Of a stretch of DNA of 64,000 bases, positions 28,945 to 41,726 are shown one piece after another. This DNA is from Eledone cirrhosa (lineage: Eukaryota), in NCBI GenBank assembly GCA_964016885.1, contig OZ024747.1, forward strand, positions 44,206,001-44,270,000. The letters are read 5' to 3'. How positions within the stretch are numbered: the stretch's first letter is position 1; the number at the start of each line of letters is the position of its first letter. A model generated the notes under the pieces. The model saw only the letters and a list, made by a program, of their open reading frames with translations, was not told the DNA's origin and made no database searches. The translations under genes and the position numbers were made by a program.

Positions 28945-29183
28945 TGTAGTAGTAGTAACAGCAGCCATAGTAGTAGTAGTGGTGGTAGTAGTAGTAGTAG
29001 TAGTTGTTGTTGTTTAACCCTACGACAGACTTGAATAAGTAGACTTAATCTAAGTTGCACCAGTAGTGGTGGTGGTGGTAATAGTAGTAACAGCAACAGT
29101 AGTAGTAGTAGTAACAGTAGTAGTAGTATTTGTTTAACCCTACGACAGACTTGAATAAGTAGACTTAATCTAAGTTGCACCAG
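28945..29183. repeat. (TAG)n/(TGG)n microsatellite with a 53-bp exact direct duplication
   Basis: tgtttaaccctacgacagacttgaataagtagacttaatctaagttgcaccag at 29011-29063 and 29131-29183. Confidence 0.9.
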
Positions 29184-29256
29184 CCAAGAATACACGTGTC
29201 CTGTTTTGTTAACATTGCATCTGACTTCATCTCAAGGTGTTCATAAACCTATTATA

Positions 29257-29445
29257 CGAGGGCTGGTTGAAAAGTTCATAGGCTTTCTATGAAGGATTGA
29301 TGCTAGAGCTGTGAAATCTTGCATGCATTAATTTCAACTCTTATTAATAAATACATTGTTTCTTTCCAGGGACTATATTGAAAAATATACATTTGGTAAT
29401 TCCATGAGAGTATCTGGATTAGCCTATAAACTTTTCAGTCGACCA
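29257..29445. mobile_element. Mariner-like MITE remnant
   Basis: ta-CGAGGGCTGGTTGAAAAGTTCATAGGCT with inverted agcctataaacttttcagtcgacc. Confidence 0.5.
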
Positions 29446-30909
29446 AACAAAATCGTATCTAATGTTGTGATTTAGTAGGCTTAGAACGAAAGATGTTCCA
29501 ACCGTTAAGATCTTGTCTTTTTGTAAATAAGGTGAGATTTTATGGGAGATTTCGTTACTATTTTTAGTAGCAAGTTGATAAACCAAGTAAAGGCTCAACA
29601 AAACAAATTGAAGAAGGTCCTTATTCGAAGCTTCAGAAATCCTCTCTCCAAGCTCCAAGCTACACAAGAAATTGTTTGCTCTTTTGTTCAAACAGATAAA
29701 CATTGACATCATAATCAAAGCAATTGATATCATTTATTAAAAATCATTAATTTTTATTTATATTGTCGATTTTCTTCCAAAAGCTTTGATTGGCTTATTT
29801 TATATATTTTCCCTTGCTTTTTTTACTTTAACACCCCTAGAGATAGATTTTGTCTACTAATTGCATGTCAGTTATTTATTTTTTTATTTTTTATTTAATA
29901 TATTTCATGCGAGAACCTACAATGTGGTTACAAAAAACTCAACACAGGTTTGGTTTGAATACTGCAGATCGATAATGGAGTTTAAGAAAAGAGATTTTGT
30001 GATAATTAAGTTCCGTGACTCACATTTTGGTTTTCAAATACCAGCGGGGTCGACTTTGTTTTTCATCTCCCCTGTGTTGATATAACAAATATCAGTCATC
30101 TCTCTCTCTCTCTATCTCTCCCCAACTCTCTCTTCTTTAAAAAATTGGCCTTGTGCCTAATACAAGGATCAATATCATTAGCAATAAATAATAAATCAGC
30201 AGACGAAAGGTTCCCCATCTGTCATGGAATGCAAGCTACATGACCCAGGGTTGACCTCTGAGTTTATTTTCGTCTTTTCCTGAACGTCTTTGTGAGATTG
30301 AAACATGAAGGGAACTTCTTTATAAGCTACTAATGTAGCTGACATTTCTTCTTCCAAAGAAATCTCAACAATTTTTAGTAATTTTATAAGACCTAATCTT
30401 TATGATAATCCTTATTCGCAGGATAGCGAAGGTCAGAGAGCTAACTGAATCACCCAGTTCAAATAAAAATAGAAAAGTCGGTTTGAAATCCTTAAAACTG
30501 TTTCAGTAAGAGGGATTCTGTTTGGATTTTTCAGCGTTTAATCTAAGTTCAAATCTGACTAAAATCGATTTATTTTTTATCATTTCAATATCAACTTACG
30601 GTATTTTAGTCGCCGTTACTGCATTGATAACAATTCTAAGTATGTTGTCTAATTGGCTGAAGAATTAGAGCGTCGGACGAAATCTGCTACAGTATTGTTT
30701 CGGTTCTCTGCGTTTTGAGTTCAAATCCCACCGAGGTCAATTTTACGTTCCATCCCCATAAGATTGATAAATAAATAAAGTTCTAGTTTAGGATGGTGGG
30801 CTAGCTTAATCGTAAAGATTTGAATTTAAATTCCCTCGCGACCAACTCGCATGAGAGATTAAGTTTACTCCAATCATACTGGCCCTGAGTAAAACACGCT
30901 AATATATGT

Positions 30910-31330
30910 CAAAATTGTCCCCTCTTACATCGTCTTAGTGCAAAAGCTATAGATTGTTGAAGAACATCGAACCTAAACTAGGATGTGGAAGCTCCATGTC
31001 AGCATATACGGAAGACATCATTTTAGTAATGTCGGACACCAAGCAAAGTGAGGTGACTGGCACCGTTCAAAGAGAGTACGAGGCAGTGACAGGAGCCAAA
31101 ATTAATCAGGAAGTTTCTATGGGCCTACAGCGTGGTACCTGGAAAGGCAGGTCTATGACGGCTAATAAGCATGGTGGGGCATTGAATGGACGATCAGGTT
31201 TAATTACTGAGGGTCTTGTTTGGTCCAGATCTCTAGATGGGCAAGGACTAGGAAGCTATTCGTAAAGGGTTGGGCTTTGGTGGTGACCGTCGTTCCTTGC
31301 GTCAGTTCACGTCTGTCCGGACTCGAACAT
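30910..31330 (+). pseudogene. Decayed L1/Tx1-type reverse transcriptase fragment
   Basis: SAYTEDII...YEAVTGAKINQEVSMGLQRGTW corresponds to the decayed SAYADD / YE..TGAKIN..KS.GL.LG.W motifs. Confidence 0.7.
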
Positions 31331-31746
31331 CTGCTGTATATATATATTATCGGGTCCCAAATAATTGGAGGCTGGAATGAGCGGCGGGTTTGGAGATTTG
31401 CTTAAATTCTTATAAGCACGGGAGTGGGGAATAATTGTATAGTGCAAGTTCGTAAATATGGGATTTCTTGTAATGTTCTTCTTTTCGTCATATATGTTTT
31501 TTTTTTGGTTAGCTGCTGTATCAATATGAATCACTTACAATAAAATTTGGCCGGAGATGTGCAAAATTTAATAAGCGGGGGGGTGGGGGCTGAAAAAATC
31601 TGAAAAATTAATTAGTGGTGGGAGACGATTATTCAAAACCTGAGAGAATATATATATATATATAATATTTATATATATATATATATATATGCGTGTGTGT
31701 GTAAAAGAAATCAAAAAACGCTTACATACTCAAACAGTTTTTATTT

Positions 31747-31791
31747 GCTGACAATGTTTCATCCATACCGTTGGGCAGGAATCATCAGAGC
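31747..31791 (-). ncRNA. Minimal type-I hammerhead ribozyme (PLE-type)
   Basis: gct-CTGATGA-ttcctgcccaacggtatggat-GAAA-C-ATT-G-TC-agc, then AATAAA, then ~45 nt to a TA/GT tract. Confidence 0.7.
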
Positions 31792-33014
31792 TTAATAAAC
31801 AAAAACACAGTGCTGAATATAAGCTCTACCAAGCTTAGTCACACAAACAATTGGAATACAATAGAGGGTAAAAATAGGGAGTTCGGAGATGGCGAATAAG
31901 GAGTACATGTTGAGGTTGTTATTAAGCACTACAGCTAAATGCTAGGGTACAGGCAGATTTTTTTCACAAGATGCAGATACAAGTGATGGCACACAAAAGC
32001 AAAAAGTATAAACAATAGTTAAAACATATAATAAAAAAGTAAAAGGAAGATAATATAAAGAGATAAATAATAAATAAAAAAGATAAAAAATGTTTAAAAA
32101 GAAAAAAGAAAAAGGTTTAAGCCCATAAAAAGCCAGAGGAAGTTAAGCGCTGTTCCCTATATATAACAAGTGAATAAGATCTCCGTATCTTATAGTTATA
32201 TAAATACTAAGAGGTTCTTAAGGTACCTCCAGTAAGCCCAAGGTGATTTTAATCCTCACCATAGTATACATAAACAAGGTATACTAGTAGGTAATTGAAT
32301 TACGTGGGTGTTCACCAAGTATATAGACAGGTACCACATAAATACAAGCCATATACAAGCAAAGCGGGATTATTACAAGATAAAGCTGAAGCAAAAAACC
32401 TAACAACAATGGTTTAGTTACTGTAAAACACACATCTGGCAAAGAGTTACTACATATGTATATTTACCGTAGAGGTTAGACCAATCGGTTACATATGTCA
32501 CGATTGTCTAGGGGTTATATAGATATTGCATTGTCAGTAGATAACAAATCAGTCCAGATTATACAACATATGTAGATCGTTCATAAAGTACAAATTAGTT
32601 GGATTTATACGATCACTTAAACATAACATCACATGTATTACATGCAGGATATATACATCAAAAAATCTCCACATGTTTAAGATCCCAGACCGTGAAGCAT
32701 AATGTGTTCAAGTTTCAGTTCCAGATTCTATACAACCGAATTCTCCACACACACATATATATGTGTGTGTGTGTCAGGGGCGAAGGGTGCGTGCATGCAA
32801 CGCATGCAGTGCATGCGTTATAGAATCTTGAGTTAATCAATTGCGTCGGTTGAAGCAGACAGAATTTTGGCTGCTTACTAAATCGTAGACACATAAAAAG
32901 ATACCCCCACACACACACAAGATAACACTACATGCGGCTTTAACCGGGAGGGTCATTTAGAGGAAATTGGGGGGGGGGGGGGTAAGACTGCACGGCCCTA
33001 CTTTCCACCATGGC

Positions 33015-33571
33015 TATGTAACCCATGTGCAACCACGCAGCACTCCATTTTTCTTATATTTATATTTTTTCCTCAGCTGCGATTGTCTGTTTCTTTCTTA
33101 CTGCTTCCCCTCTCTCTGTATCTCTCACCTTCTTTTTACCCCCTCTGCCAGTCACACTCTCTCACCTGGCCTTTTCCTCACACTTCCACTCACTCACTCT
33201 CTGTTTCTCCCCCTCTTTCACTTCCTCCCGTTTGACCTGTGTGAAATCCTTTTCTCGCTCACATCTCACCCATGTCGGATGGTCTGTATCTCTCGTCCAT
33301 GAATTCACCAAGCTTAAGCTTACAGATATCATGTACGTGTCTCTTCCTATCTTTCCGTTGCAATACCATCGTTGTTTGTTTACATGTCTCGCTCGCTTCA
33401 CGCTATTTTACTTGTGCCAATAACTTTATTTAGTTATTGCTCGCACCAATCAGAGGTATATGATTTTTAAAGCGATGAAATACCAATGAAGGTTGGAAGA
33501 TCACTGATGAAGGACTAATTTTATTCATATGTAACCCATGTGCAACCACGCAGCACGCCATTTTTCTTATA
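33015..33571 (+). repeat. ~45-bp direct repeat (33015-33059, 33528-33571) bracketing a pyrimidine-rich segment
   Basis: tatgtaacccatgtgcaaccacgcagcac(t/g)ccatttttcttatat occurs twice; the second copy abuts (TA)n. Confidence 0.85.
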
Positions 33572-33605
33572 TATATTTATATATATATATATATATATAT
33601 ACATA

Positions 33606-33683
33606 CAGGGTGTCCCTAAAAATGTATACTCACTTCAGCAGCATTCTAAAAAATATGCGTATACATTTTGGGGGGACATCCTC
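33606..33683. mobile_element. Tc1/mariner-type MITE
   Basis: ta-CAGGGTGTCCC...GGGACATCCTC-ta. Confidence 0.65.
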
Positions 33684-33946
33684 TATAAACTAATATGTTA
33701 AAGGGAAGAAACTATAACTTGCAATTTACGTTGCGAGACTACATGCTGTTAGATGAGGAAAACAGGAAAGGAAATAACATTTATCTGTGAGTATTGCAGT
33801 TAATAGTTGGATATATTTAGGGACAAATGGGAATGGTAAGTGAAAATAGCATTCTGGGGATTGTAGACAGCGACATGTGGATTATATAGCATGCATACAT
33901 ATGTGTATATATAGACACACACACATATATATATGTGTGTGTGCAC

Positions 33947-33985
<39 letters not shown>

Positions 33986-34652
33986 TACATACAAACATAC
34001 ATATATATACACACATACACACAAACATACATATATATACACACATACACACAAACATACATATATATATACACACATACACACAAACATACATATATAT
34101 ATACACACATACACACATATATATATATATATATCAATCTCTCTATATATAGACATATAAGTACATATTTATTTATTTCTCTCTATATATATAGATATAT
34201 AGTATATTATATATATAATATATTATATATATATACATAATATATTATATATATATATACATAATATATTATATATATATATATAATATATTATATATAT
34301 ATACATACACACACACATATATATATATATACTTATATATATACACACACATATAACAACAGGGGACCTGCCTAACCAGTAAACAAACGATAGAGAATAG
34401 CCACTTATGTCTGTCTACCATCTAGAAGGACCGTCTCTTTAGAATGCAGTCCAGTGAATAAAAAAAAAATAAGAAAAATTATAAAAACAACGAAATATCA
34501 TGAAGCAGAAGAAAATAGGGAGTTCGGGAGGGGGGGGGGTATAATGTAAGGGATGAGAACGGAGAAACGAAACAGTTGTAGAACAGACCAATTCAAAAAA
34601 ACACTGGGATGTGATGCTATATATAACCCCACATAAATGCATATATTTACAA

Positions 34653-34693
<41 letters not shown>

Positions 34694-34724
34694 CTCATAT
34701 ACACACATACAAATATATATATAA

Positions 34725-34769
<45 letters not shown>

Positions 34770-35598
34770 AATCGTTTATATATATATATATCATGTATAC
34801 ACACTCGAATGCTTTAACGGAAAGACAGTGAGTATGACTAACACCATGTGTGTGTGGTGTGTGTGTGTGTGTGTGTGTGGTGTGTGGTGTGTGGTGTGTG
34901 GTGTGTGTGTGTGTTATTGTTATCGAGAAGAACTTGTCCAATTCCATTTACTGGTGATTTCATTATTTCATAAACACTCGGCCAGGTAAACAAAATTCCC
35001 GAGGTTATCAAGTGCATTCGGTAACATCCTACTTTGTTATTTACTATTGTTGTTGTTGTAGTCATTGTTTAAACTACTTCGAAAGGAAGCTTCCAGTTTG
35101 GAAAATAATCAACGAGTACTAAATAAATAAACAATATATATATATATATATAAACTGTACATATGTATTGAACCAGCGTTGGTTCCGACGCCTAGTTTTC
35201 CAATTATTCAGACAACGGAACAGCTTTCTTGTGAAATTAATGTGCCAGTCACTGAGCATTCAACATGCACTCAACGTAATTCTCAGGGAGATTCAACGTG
35301 ACAGAATGTGTGACAAGGCTAGCCTTTTGAATTTCATGCATAACTCATTCTTACCAGCTCACTGGACTGATGCAACGTGAAATAAGGTGTCTTGCCCAAG
35401 GAATATACTATGTTTAACCATTAAGCCATGTGCCTTCAACATGTATAGCATGAAGTGGCGGAATTAGTAGAGAGTTTCAGATAATATTACTTTGCGGTAA
35501 TTACCCCCGACTAATTTTCTTCCGAGTTCAAACCCTACCGAGATTGTATTTTATCGATGATATAGATGTTAATTGGAAACTAGTGTTCGATTTAATTA

Positions 35599-35778
35599 CC
35601 GTATTTCCCGGCGTCGAAGACGCTACTTTTTTTCCTAAAATAAGTCTCAAAAATCTACCATGCATCCTGGAGGCCGAAGGATGTTTACTTTTTTTTTTTT
35701 TTTTTCCTTCAAATTTTTGGTTGTCAAAATTAAGATGCGTCCACGAGGACGAAGCGTCTTCGGCGCCGGGAAATACGG
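35599..35778. mobile_element. Pogo/Tigger-like MITE with TA TSD
   Basis: ta-CCGTATTTCCCGGCGTCGAAGACGCT ... AGCGTCTTCGGCGCCGGGAAATACGG-ta. Confidence 0.88.
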
Positions 35779-36089
35779 TAACTACACACTGCCCTTCTTC
35801 CCACCAAAAATGTAAACATTGTAATGTTGCCTTCGTTTGTAATCTCTAACATATCTGTCAACTCGCCCCGTCCGACGAGGAGATCTCCCACCCACTCGTG
35901 AAAATGGGTATAGCTTTCTTTATGTAAAATCTCTCCGTTTTGGGGCACTTTTTTTTTCATGGTACTCCCCGTTTGGATTTTTAGAGGTTAGCAGATCTGC
36001 TATAATATTATAGTTCAACTGTTGCGCTTCATTTTGGAACTAAATCGAAAGCATAATTGAAATCTAACACAAAGTGATATAGTATATAT

Positions 36090-36220
36090 CAGGCATGTCA
36101 AATATGCAGCCCGCACAAATGTTGTTTTTTTTTTACAGCGGGAGCATGTTTTATCTTCGTAAAATTAGTTGTAATGTGCGGAATTACTTGTCGTGTATGG
36201 CCCTCGGTTTGAGATGCCTG
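36090..36220. mobile_element. hAT MITE with a perfect 8-bp TSD
   Basis: gtatatat-CAGGCATGTCAAA ... TTTGAGATGCCTG-gtatatat. Confidence 0.85.
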
Positions 36221-36339
36221 GTATATATAAAACATTGTGAAATATGTAATTAAGAAAGTATTGAGAAACCTGTTAAAATAGTTGAACTAGAGTAGAGTAA
36301 AATAAGAATGACAAAACTAAACTAATATATTTCATATCT

Positions 36340-36600
36340 CAAGGTTAGAACTTGAGAGATCACAGCTGATATTATGGGCATATGGTTAGAATGCCTCAGG
36401 AAAGAATAGCTGAACACATTTTACGGGCAAAAGACCCAGAAGAAGATGATTGGATAACATCCATGATCTTGGCTGGTCACGCTTGGAGATCCAGCTGAAT
36501 CAGTTGGAGACGGTTGCTTCTGACAGGACCCGCTGGAAGAAATGTTTGAGGACTCTGCGGCCTCTGACGACCTTCTCAGGAATAAGTGGGCGTATAAAAA
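36340..36600 (+). pseudogene. RTE-clade LINE 3' fragment
   Basis: RMPQERI...RPRRR.LDNIHDLGWSRL...VASDRTRW, frameshifted. Confidence 0.65.
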
Positions 36601-36749
36601 AAAAAGAAAGAACTTTTTTCAAAGGACGAATGAAGAAACATCGGAACGTCGTGTTCCTACGGGCTATTCCTGTGTGATTGGCCATTAATGGAATCTGATC
36701 ATGTAGCTCAGATCTATTTTTAATGTTTCGTTTGTGCTTGTTTATATAG

Positions 36750-37140
36750 AACAATTTTTATTCGCAAATCACCAGTGTTCCTCTCAGTAGCTTTTAAGGT
36801 GATCTCAGTATCTGAGGTGTGGCATTTTTTAGATGAAGTACGCATGGTCTTGTTTTCATAGATATGTAACTTCCGGACAGTGCATCCAATATATGATCTG
36901 CCATATTTTTTGCAGATTGACCACATGCGATCTCATACACATTTCCGCATTATTCATGGAATAATTTGAGTGTGCGCATAATTTTGGTGTGTAGTTTCCT
37001 CAGAAAAGTTCTTTAGTGTGCCAGTTGTATATCCAGACCTTGCCTACGAATAGCAATGGTAGTTCTTTCGTTTAAATGCGACCGTTTTAGATAGCATTTG
37101 CTATCCCTAGAGATGCGTGTCTCAGATCGTAAGTGGTAAT
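36750..37140 (-). pseudogene. Penelope-like element GIY-YIG endonuclease fragment
   Basis: ICKKYGRSYIGCTVRKLH matches the C..C...YIG.T.R.L motif. Confidence 0.65.
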
Positions 37141-37789
37141 ACGTTCGAATGTTAATAAGTTCGTGCGTTAATATTTAATGGTGGAGAGAGAAATCAAATT
37201 TATAATCGAAACATTTAATATAATGGAATAAATTTCATGAAAATTCATAAATATATTCATCGAATTAGAAATAAAAACAGAATAATATAGATAGATTGTC
37301 TTCGTTGACATTCCATAATTAAGCTACTTGAAGCTTTTGCTAATATATAATATTCTTTCAATACAAAGGAAATGCACATGGCTGGAATTCAAGACACAGA
37401 GTTCGATTATCTGTATCGGCTGCTAGCCATTTATTTTCTACCCCTAAGTGTATTTTACCCGATTTTCTAACGCTATGATCATTGATTGAATTTCAACATT
37501 TCTAATCATCCAAATGTCTCAATATATCATAAGATATTTTCAGTAATTTTAATAAAACAATCACAATGAAAAGGCGAAGTGGCCTGAACCAGTATTTTCT
37601 CAAACATTTTATGTGTTGGTCGATCTAAAGCTAAGCAGAAATCTAAGAATAGGTAGCAATTTTCTGGGTACAAAGTGGTAAGAACAAAATTGACAAATAT
37701 GTTCTGTTCTCTCCCTAAAACTACAACTTCAGTGCTACTCATGTGACGCTGCATAACAAAATTAATTAGACTAAGTGAGTATATCTGTC

Positions 37790-38050
37790 CAAATGTCTTA
37801 CCTGAAATTCAATGTGGCTTCAGTGGTTTGAAGCCCTGTGGACATATTCTGTTTTCGCCAAACCCAGGAAAAACTTATTGAGTAGAATATGCCTGTGTAG
37901 TGTTCATAGATTTCGCAAATATTTTTGACACAGTATCCCGTGATGGACTTTGGTCTCAAAGGTCCATCAACTTGGTCAAGTCTCTACACGAAGGAAAGCA
38001 GGCATTTATAGCACAAGGTAGCAACATCTCAAAAGCGAGTTTACGGTAAC
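37790..38050 (+). pseudogene. RTE-type reverse transcriptase fragment
   Basis: LPEIQCGF ... QEKLIE ... FIDFANIFDTVSRDGLW, with stops and frameshifts. Confidence 0.7.
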
Positions 38051-38149
38051 AAATTGAATTATTAAACACTATTTCGTCTGTCTCTTTCATTCAATCTTAG
38101 TAGCAGCACTTATGAAACGATTTAGTAGAAACTAAAGTTAGCGACCTCG

Positions 38150-38300
38150 TGATTTTTTGGAAGTGACGTGAATGCAAAATTCTCAAAGTACTGTACTGCG
38201 CATGCTTGACAAGTCGACGAAATCCACAACTGCATAAAACCGTAGATTTCATTGATACGATGAAATTAAGGAAAGTTCGGGACTCGCCATTGAAAGGGAG
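38150..38300. promoter_or_regulatory. Candidate housekeeping-type promoter
   Basis: GGAAGTGACGT (ETS/CRE-like, 38159), TGCGCATGC (NRF1-like, 38197) and CGCCATT (YY1-like, 38285) in CpG-retaining unique sequence. Confidence 0.35.
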
Positions 38301-38593
38301 AAAACTGTTTTCACTACCTTCATGATATAGTGTCACGAATAGCAACTTGAAAGTTCTGTATTAAAATGTGGCCGCAGTTGTACCCAAGGCAATATTTTTA
38401 ATAATTTCGTAGATTACTAAAGCTATATTTCTATTTCATCTGAAAACACAAGCTACTTGCCTGATTTTGAATTGTTCAAGTTTCCAATTGACACGGATGC
38501 ATGTTTACTCGCAGAATGGTTCGGTTCGGTTCTGTTATCGATCGAAATTTAGAACTGTTCTTGGAATTAGCTTTGAGACTGGATGCAAAGTCC

Positions 38594-38624
<31 letters not shown>

Positions 38625-38651
38625 TGAGTTTTCACTACTTCTAATTGAGAT

Positions 38652-39062
38652 GAAGGCGCATAGCTTAGTGGTTAGAGCATTGGGCTTGCAATTGAAAGGT
38701 TGTGAGTTCAATTCTCGGTTGTTTCCTTTATTTCACGTTGTTCCAGTTTACTCAGCTGTAGAAATGAGATGATAGGACTAGGGTCCCTATCATTCCACTG
38801 CTAAGTGGTCGTGGAGGTGCCACAGCAAAAAAGCACCCAGCACTCACTGTAAAGTGGACGTTTAGGCGCCACGGAAAAAGAAGCACCCAGCACTCACTGT
38901 AAATGAGATTGATGTTAGGAAGAGCATCCAGCTGTAGAAATCAAGCCAGAATCAGTTCCTGTATGAACAAGACAAGGTCAGCCGACCGGACACTGCCCAC
39001 AACAGGACAACCCGTCTAACCCATGCTAGCGTGGAAGAACGGACGTAAAACGGTGATGGTGA
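38652..39062 (+). mobile_element. tRNA-derived CORE-like SINE with RTE-type tail (family B); also 47255-47575 (-), 53896-54223 (+), 57462-57610 (+)
   Basis: A-box TAGCTTAGTGG, B-box GAGTTCAATTC, central aggaag(a/g)gcatccagctgtagaaa, tail aacccatgctagcgtggaa..cggacgtaaaacggtgatg. Confidence 0.8.
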
Positions 39063-40562
39063 CCCAGCAGACTAATTTGTATGCGCTGTAGAAAGGAGCG
39101 AATTCAGATCATTAAATTCGTACGTTTTTTTATGGGAATAATTTAACTTCCAAACTACAGATGCCACAATAGTAAGACACTTTTGCTGAAGCAACCAGTA
39201 GTAGCTGAAATAATGTCCGGGAATGTAGTCTCACATTACGCAACATACTATATTCTAAGCTACATATCTGCAGAATATTAAATGTAACATTTCATAACCT
39301 TATTCGGTGCACCGACTTGGTCATCAAATTGATATGAATCGTTTGAACTATATAGTGAAGTAAAATATTTTTGTGTGTAAACGCCTCAAGCACTCGTCTC
39401 CTTTACCTGCAAATCTCATTAAGCTACAAAAAGGTGGGAGAAAATACATCTGTTGTATTAGTGTGTTTATATGACCATGTCTATTATTAACTTCAATTAA
39501 TTACTTAATTAAATGGCATTTTTCTTTTAATCACCTATTTTTTTTTATTTTTATTAGTACAAAGAAACTTGTGAGCTAAAGATTTTGTTGTTTAGCTCAA
39601 CCCTGATCTAAAAGCCTTATATCTGTGGCTAATCTCATCTGCTTTATCCACTGTGGTTGAGTGTGATTTGATGGCTATTTCTAGCAGGTCAACTGACAGA
39701 ATTAGTTGGAAAGGGGACTTTATTGCCTTGGCCTAACAGCTCCAATACAGAATTGAACCAGCATCAAAACTTACATCTTGCTCAATACTGCTTTCCATTT
39801 ACACACAATTATACTTGTCACATCAACCCTTCACATATTGCTCCTTACACTCCTCCAGCACGACCACAGGGTAGGAGGGCTCTTAAATTGACAACCTCCC
39901 TAGTGCTGGTCCCACAATAAAACATACCCAGTACATGCAAAGTTGAAGTGGTAGGTGATAGGGGTGGCATCCAGCCACTCACCAAAGGATTGAGGGCTTT
40001 TCTGTTGTACCAGAGACATGACTACCTCCCCAGTGCTAGTGCCTCGAATATGCATAGTAGAGAGAGAATGTAAACGAGATGTGCCCCCCCCCCCCACCAC
40101 CTGAGAGGTTAATAGCTCTAGTTAAGTAATGACTTGGTCTGTGACGACCACTCAAATCCTTGATAGCAAAGAGAATGGACGTTATCTGATTATTATTATT
40201 AATTCCTAATGATAAAGCACAAGGCTACAGATTTAATAGGAAGAGTAATGAATGTATGCTACAGTGATGCCTTAAGAGCACCAGGAGCTTAAACACACAC
40301 CAGCTCTGGGATTTACCTACAAGATGCTACCAATACTATTCTCGCTCTTTATATACTAGATTTTAATCTTGCTATAGGCCAACTTTGCTTTCCACCCTTC
40401 CATGGTCCATAAAAGGTGATATAATCAACTCTCCACACACCAAATTTATGGCTTTCTCTTCAAATTAGAAACAATCATTATTATTATTTCTGAGTTCAAA
40501 TCCCGCCGAGGTTAACTTTGCTTTTCATCCTTACGGGGGTCGATAAAATAAAGTACCAGTAA

Positions 40563-41726
40563 TCATCATCATCATCATCATCATCAACGTTTAACGTCCG
40601 TGTTCCACGCTTGCATGGGTTTGGACGGGGGTAGTCCCACTTGAGGCAAGAGTGATTGTCTTGCTCGCATAGGACTGTCTGGCAGGTTTTCTACAGTTGG
40701 ATGCCCTTCCTAACACCAACCACATTTACAGTGTGGGTCTGGGAGGTTTTTACCGTGTTGCCTACACGACCACATTACAGCGTGGACTGTGTGTTTTTTT
40801 GTCGTAACACCTACACGATCTCATTTGTTTCGGCCTGGATGGCGCGGCACCAACATAACTTTACATAGAATGGGGTGGTGTGGATGGGGTGGGGGTGGTG
40901 GCGGGACGGGGTGTATTTTGTTAGAGATGCCTACTGGCAAGGCGGGTCTTCTCTGTTACTGAGTACCGCCAAAGATCACGGTCCAGTGACATTGTCTTGG
41001 AGAGGTGTAAGTGTGTGAGGTCGGAGTTTATCAGCTCATCCCATGTTTTTCTAGGTCTGCCTATTCCGTGGCTACCGTCTATCTTTGTTGCCCTGCACTT
41101 TGTAATACAGCTATCGACTTTCATGCGCATCACGTGTCCATACCAACGCAGCCTTCTCTCGAGTAAACAACATCTGATCCCTCTTATCTCTAATTTTTTC
41201 CTTAGTTCGTTTATGCTTTGCCGTTCACGTATATTACTGTTACACATCCAGCGGAGCATGCAAGCTTCGTTCCTCTCTAGTCTGCGTATATCCTCTGCAC
41301 ACAATGCCCAGGTCTCACTACCATGCAACATTGCTGTTCGTATGCAGGCATCGTACAACCTGCCTTTCATTTTTAGGGAGAACCCTTTAGCAGCTAATAG
41401 TGGTATAAGCTCTCTGAACTTTTTCCAACCAGTTCTGACTCTAGCTACAGTACTTTCAGAGCACCCTCCCCCACTGCTGATTTTATCGCCCAGGTAACGG
41501 AAGCTGTCCACTATTTCTATAGAACCCTCTGCGCAATTGAAAGAGCTAGTATTTTGTGGGCACTTGCTGCTACTTATTGCACCAGAACACCGGCCACATG
41601 TAAAGTCTATGTTCTTAGTTAGCTTACCTGTGATCCCACTACATCTTTTATGCACCCATACTTTGCATTTAGGACATAAGATGGAGTTTCTACCTACGCC
41701 TTTCCTACATACCGAGCACGACCATG
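40563..41726 (-). mobile_element. 5'-truncated RTE LINE (ORF C-terminus 40921-41726, 3' UTR and (GAT)n tail) inserted into a SINE
   Basis: FRYLGD..., MLHGSETW, RLRWYGHVMRM, GRPRKTW motifs; Cys-rich PHD-like finger; SINE halves at 40490-40563 and 41725-41770. Confidence 0.92.

Noticed and set aside
29419-29733. 104-aa ORF
   Set aside because: No recognisable motif or splice context
34440-34465. TGCA-GTC-cagtg-AATAAA as an HHR 3' remnant
   Set aside because: Lacks an intact GAAAC and an upstream core; too short to support
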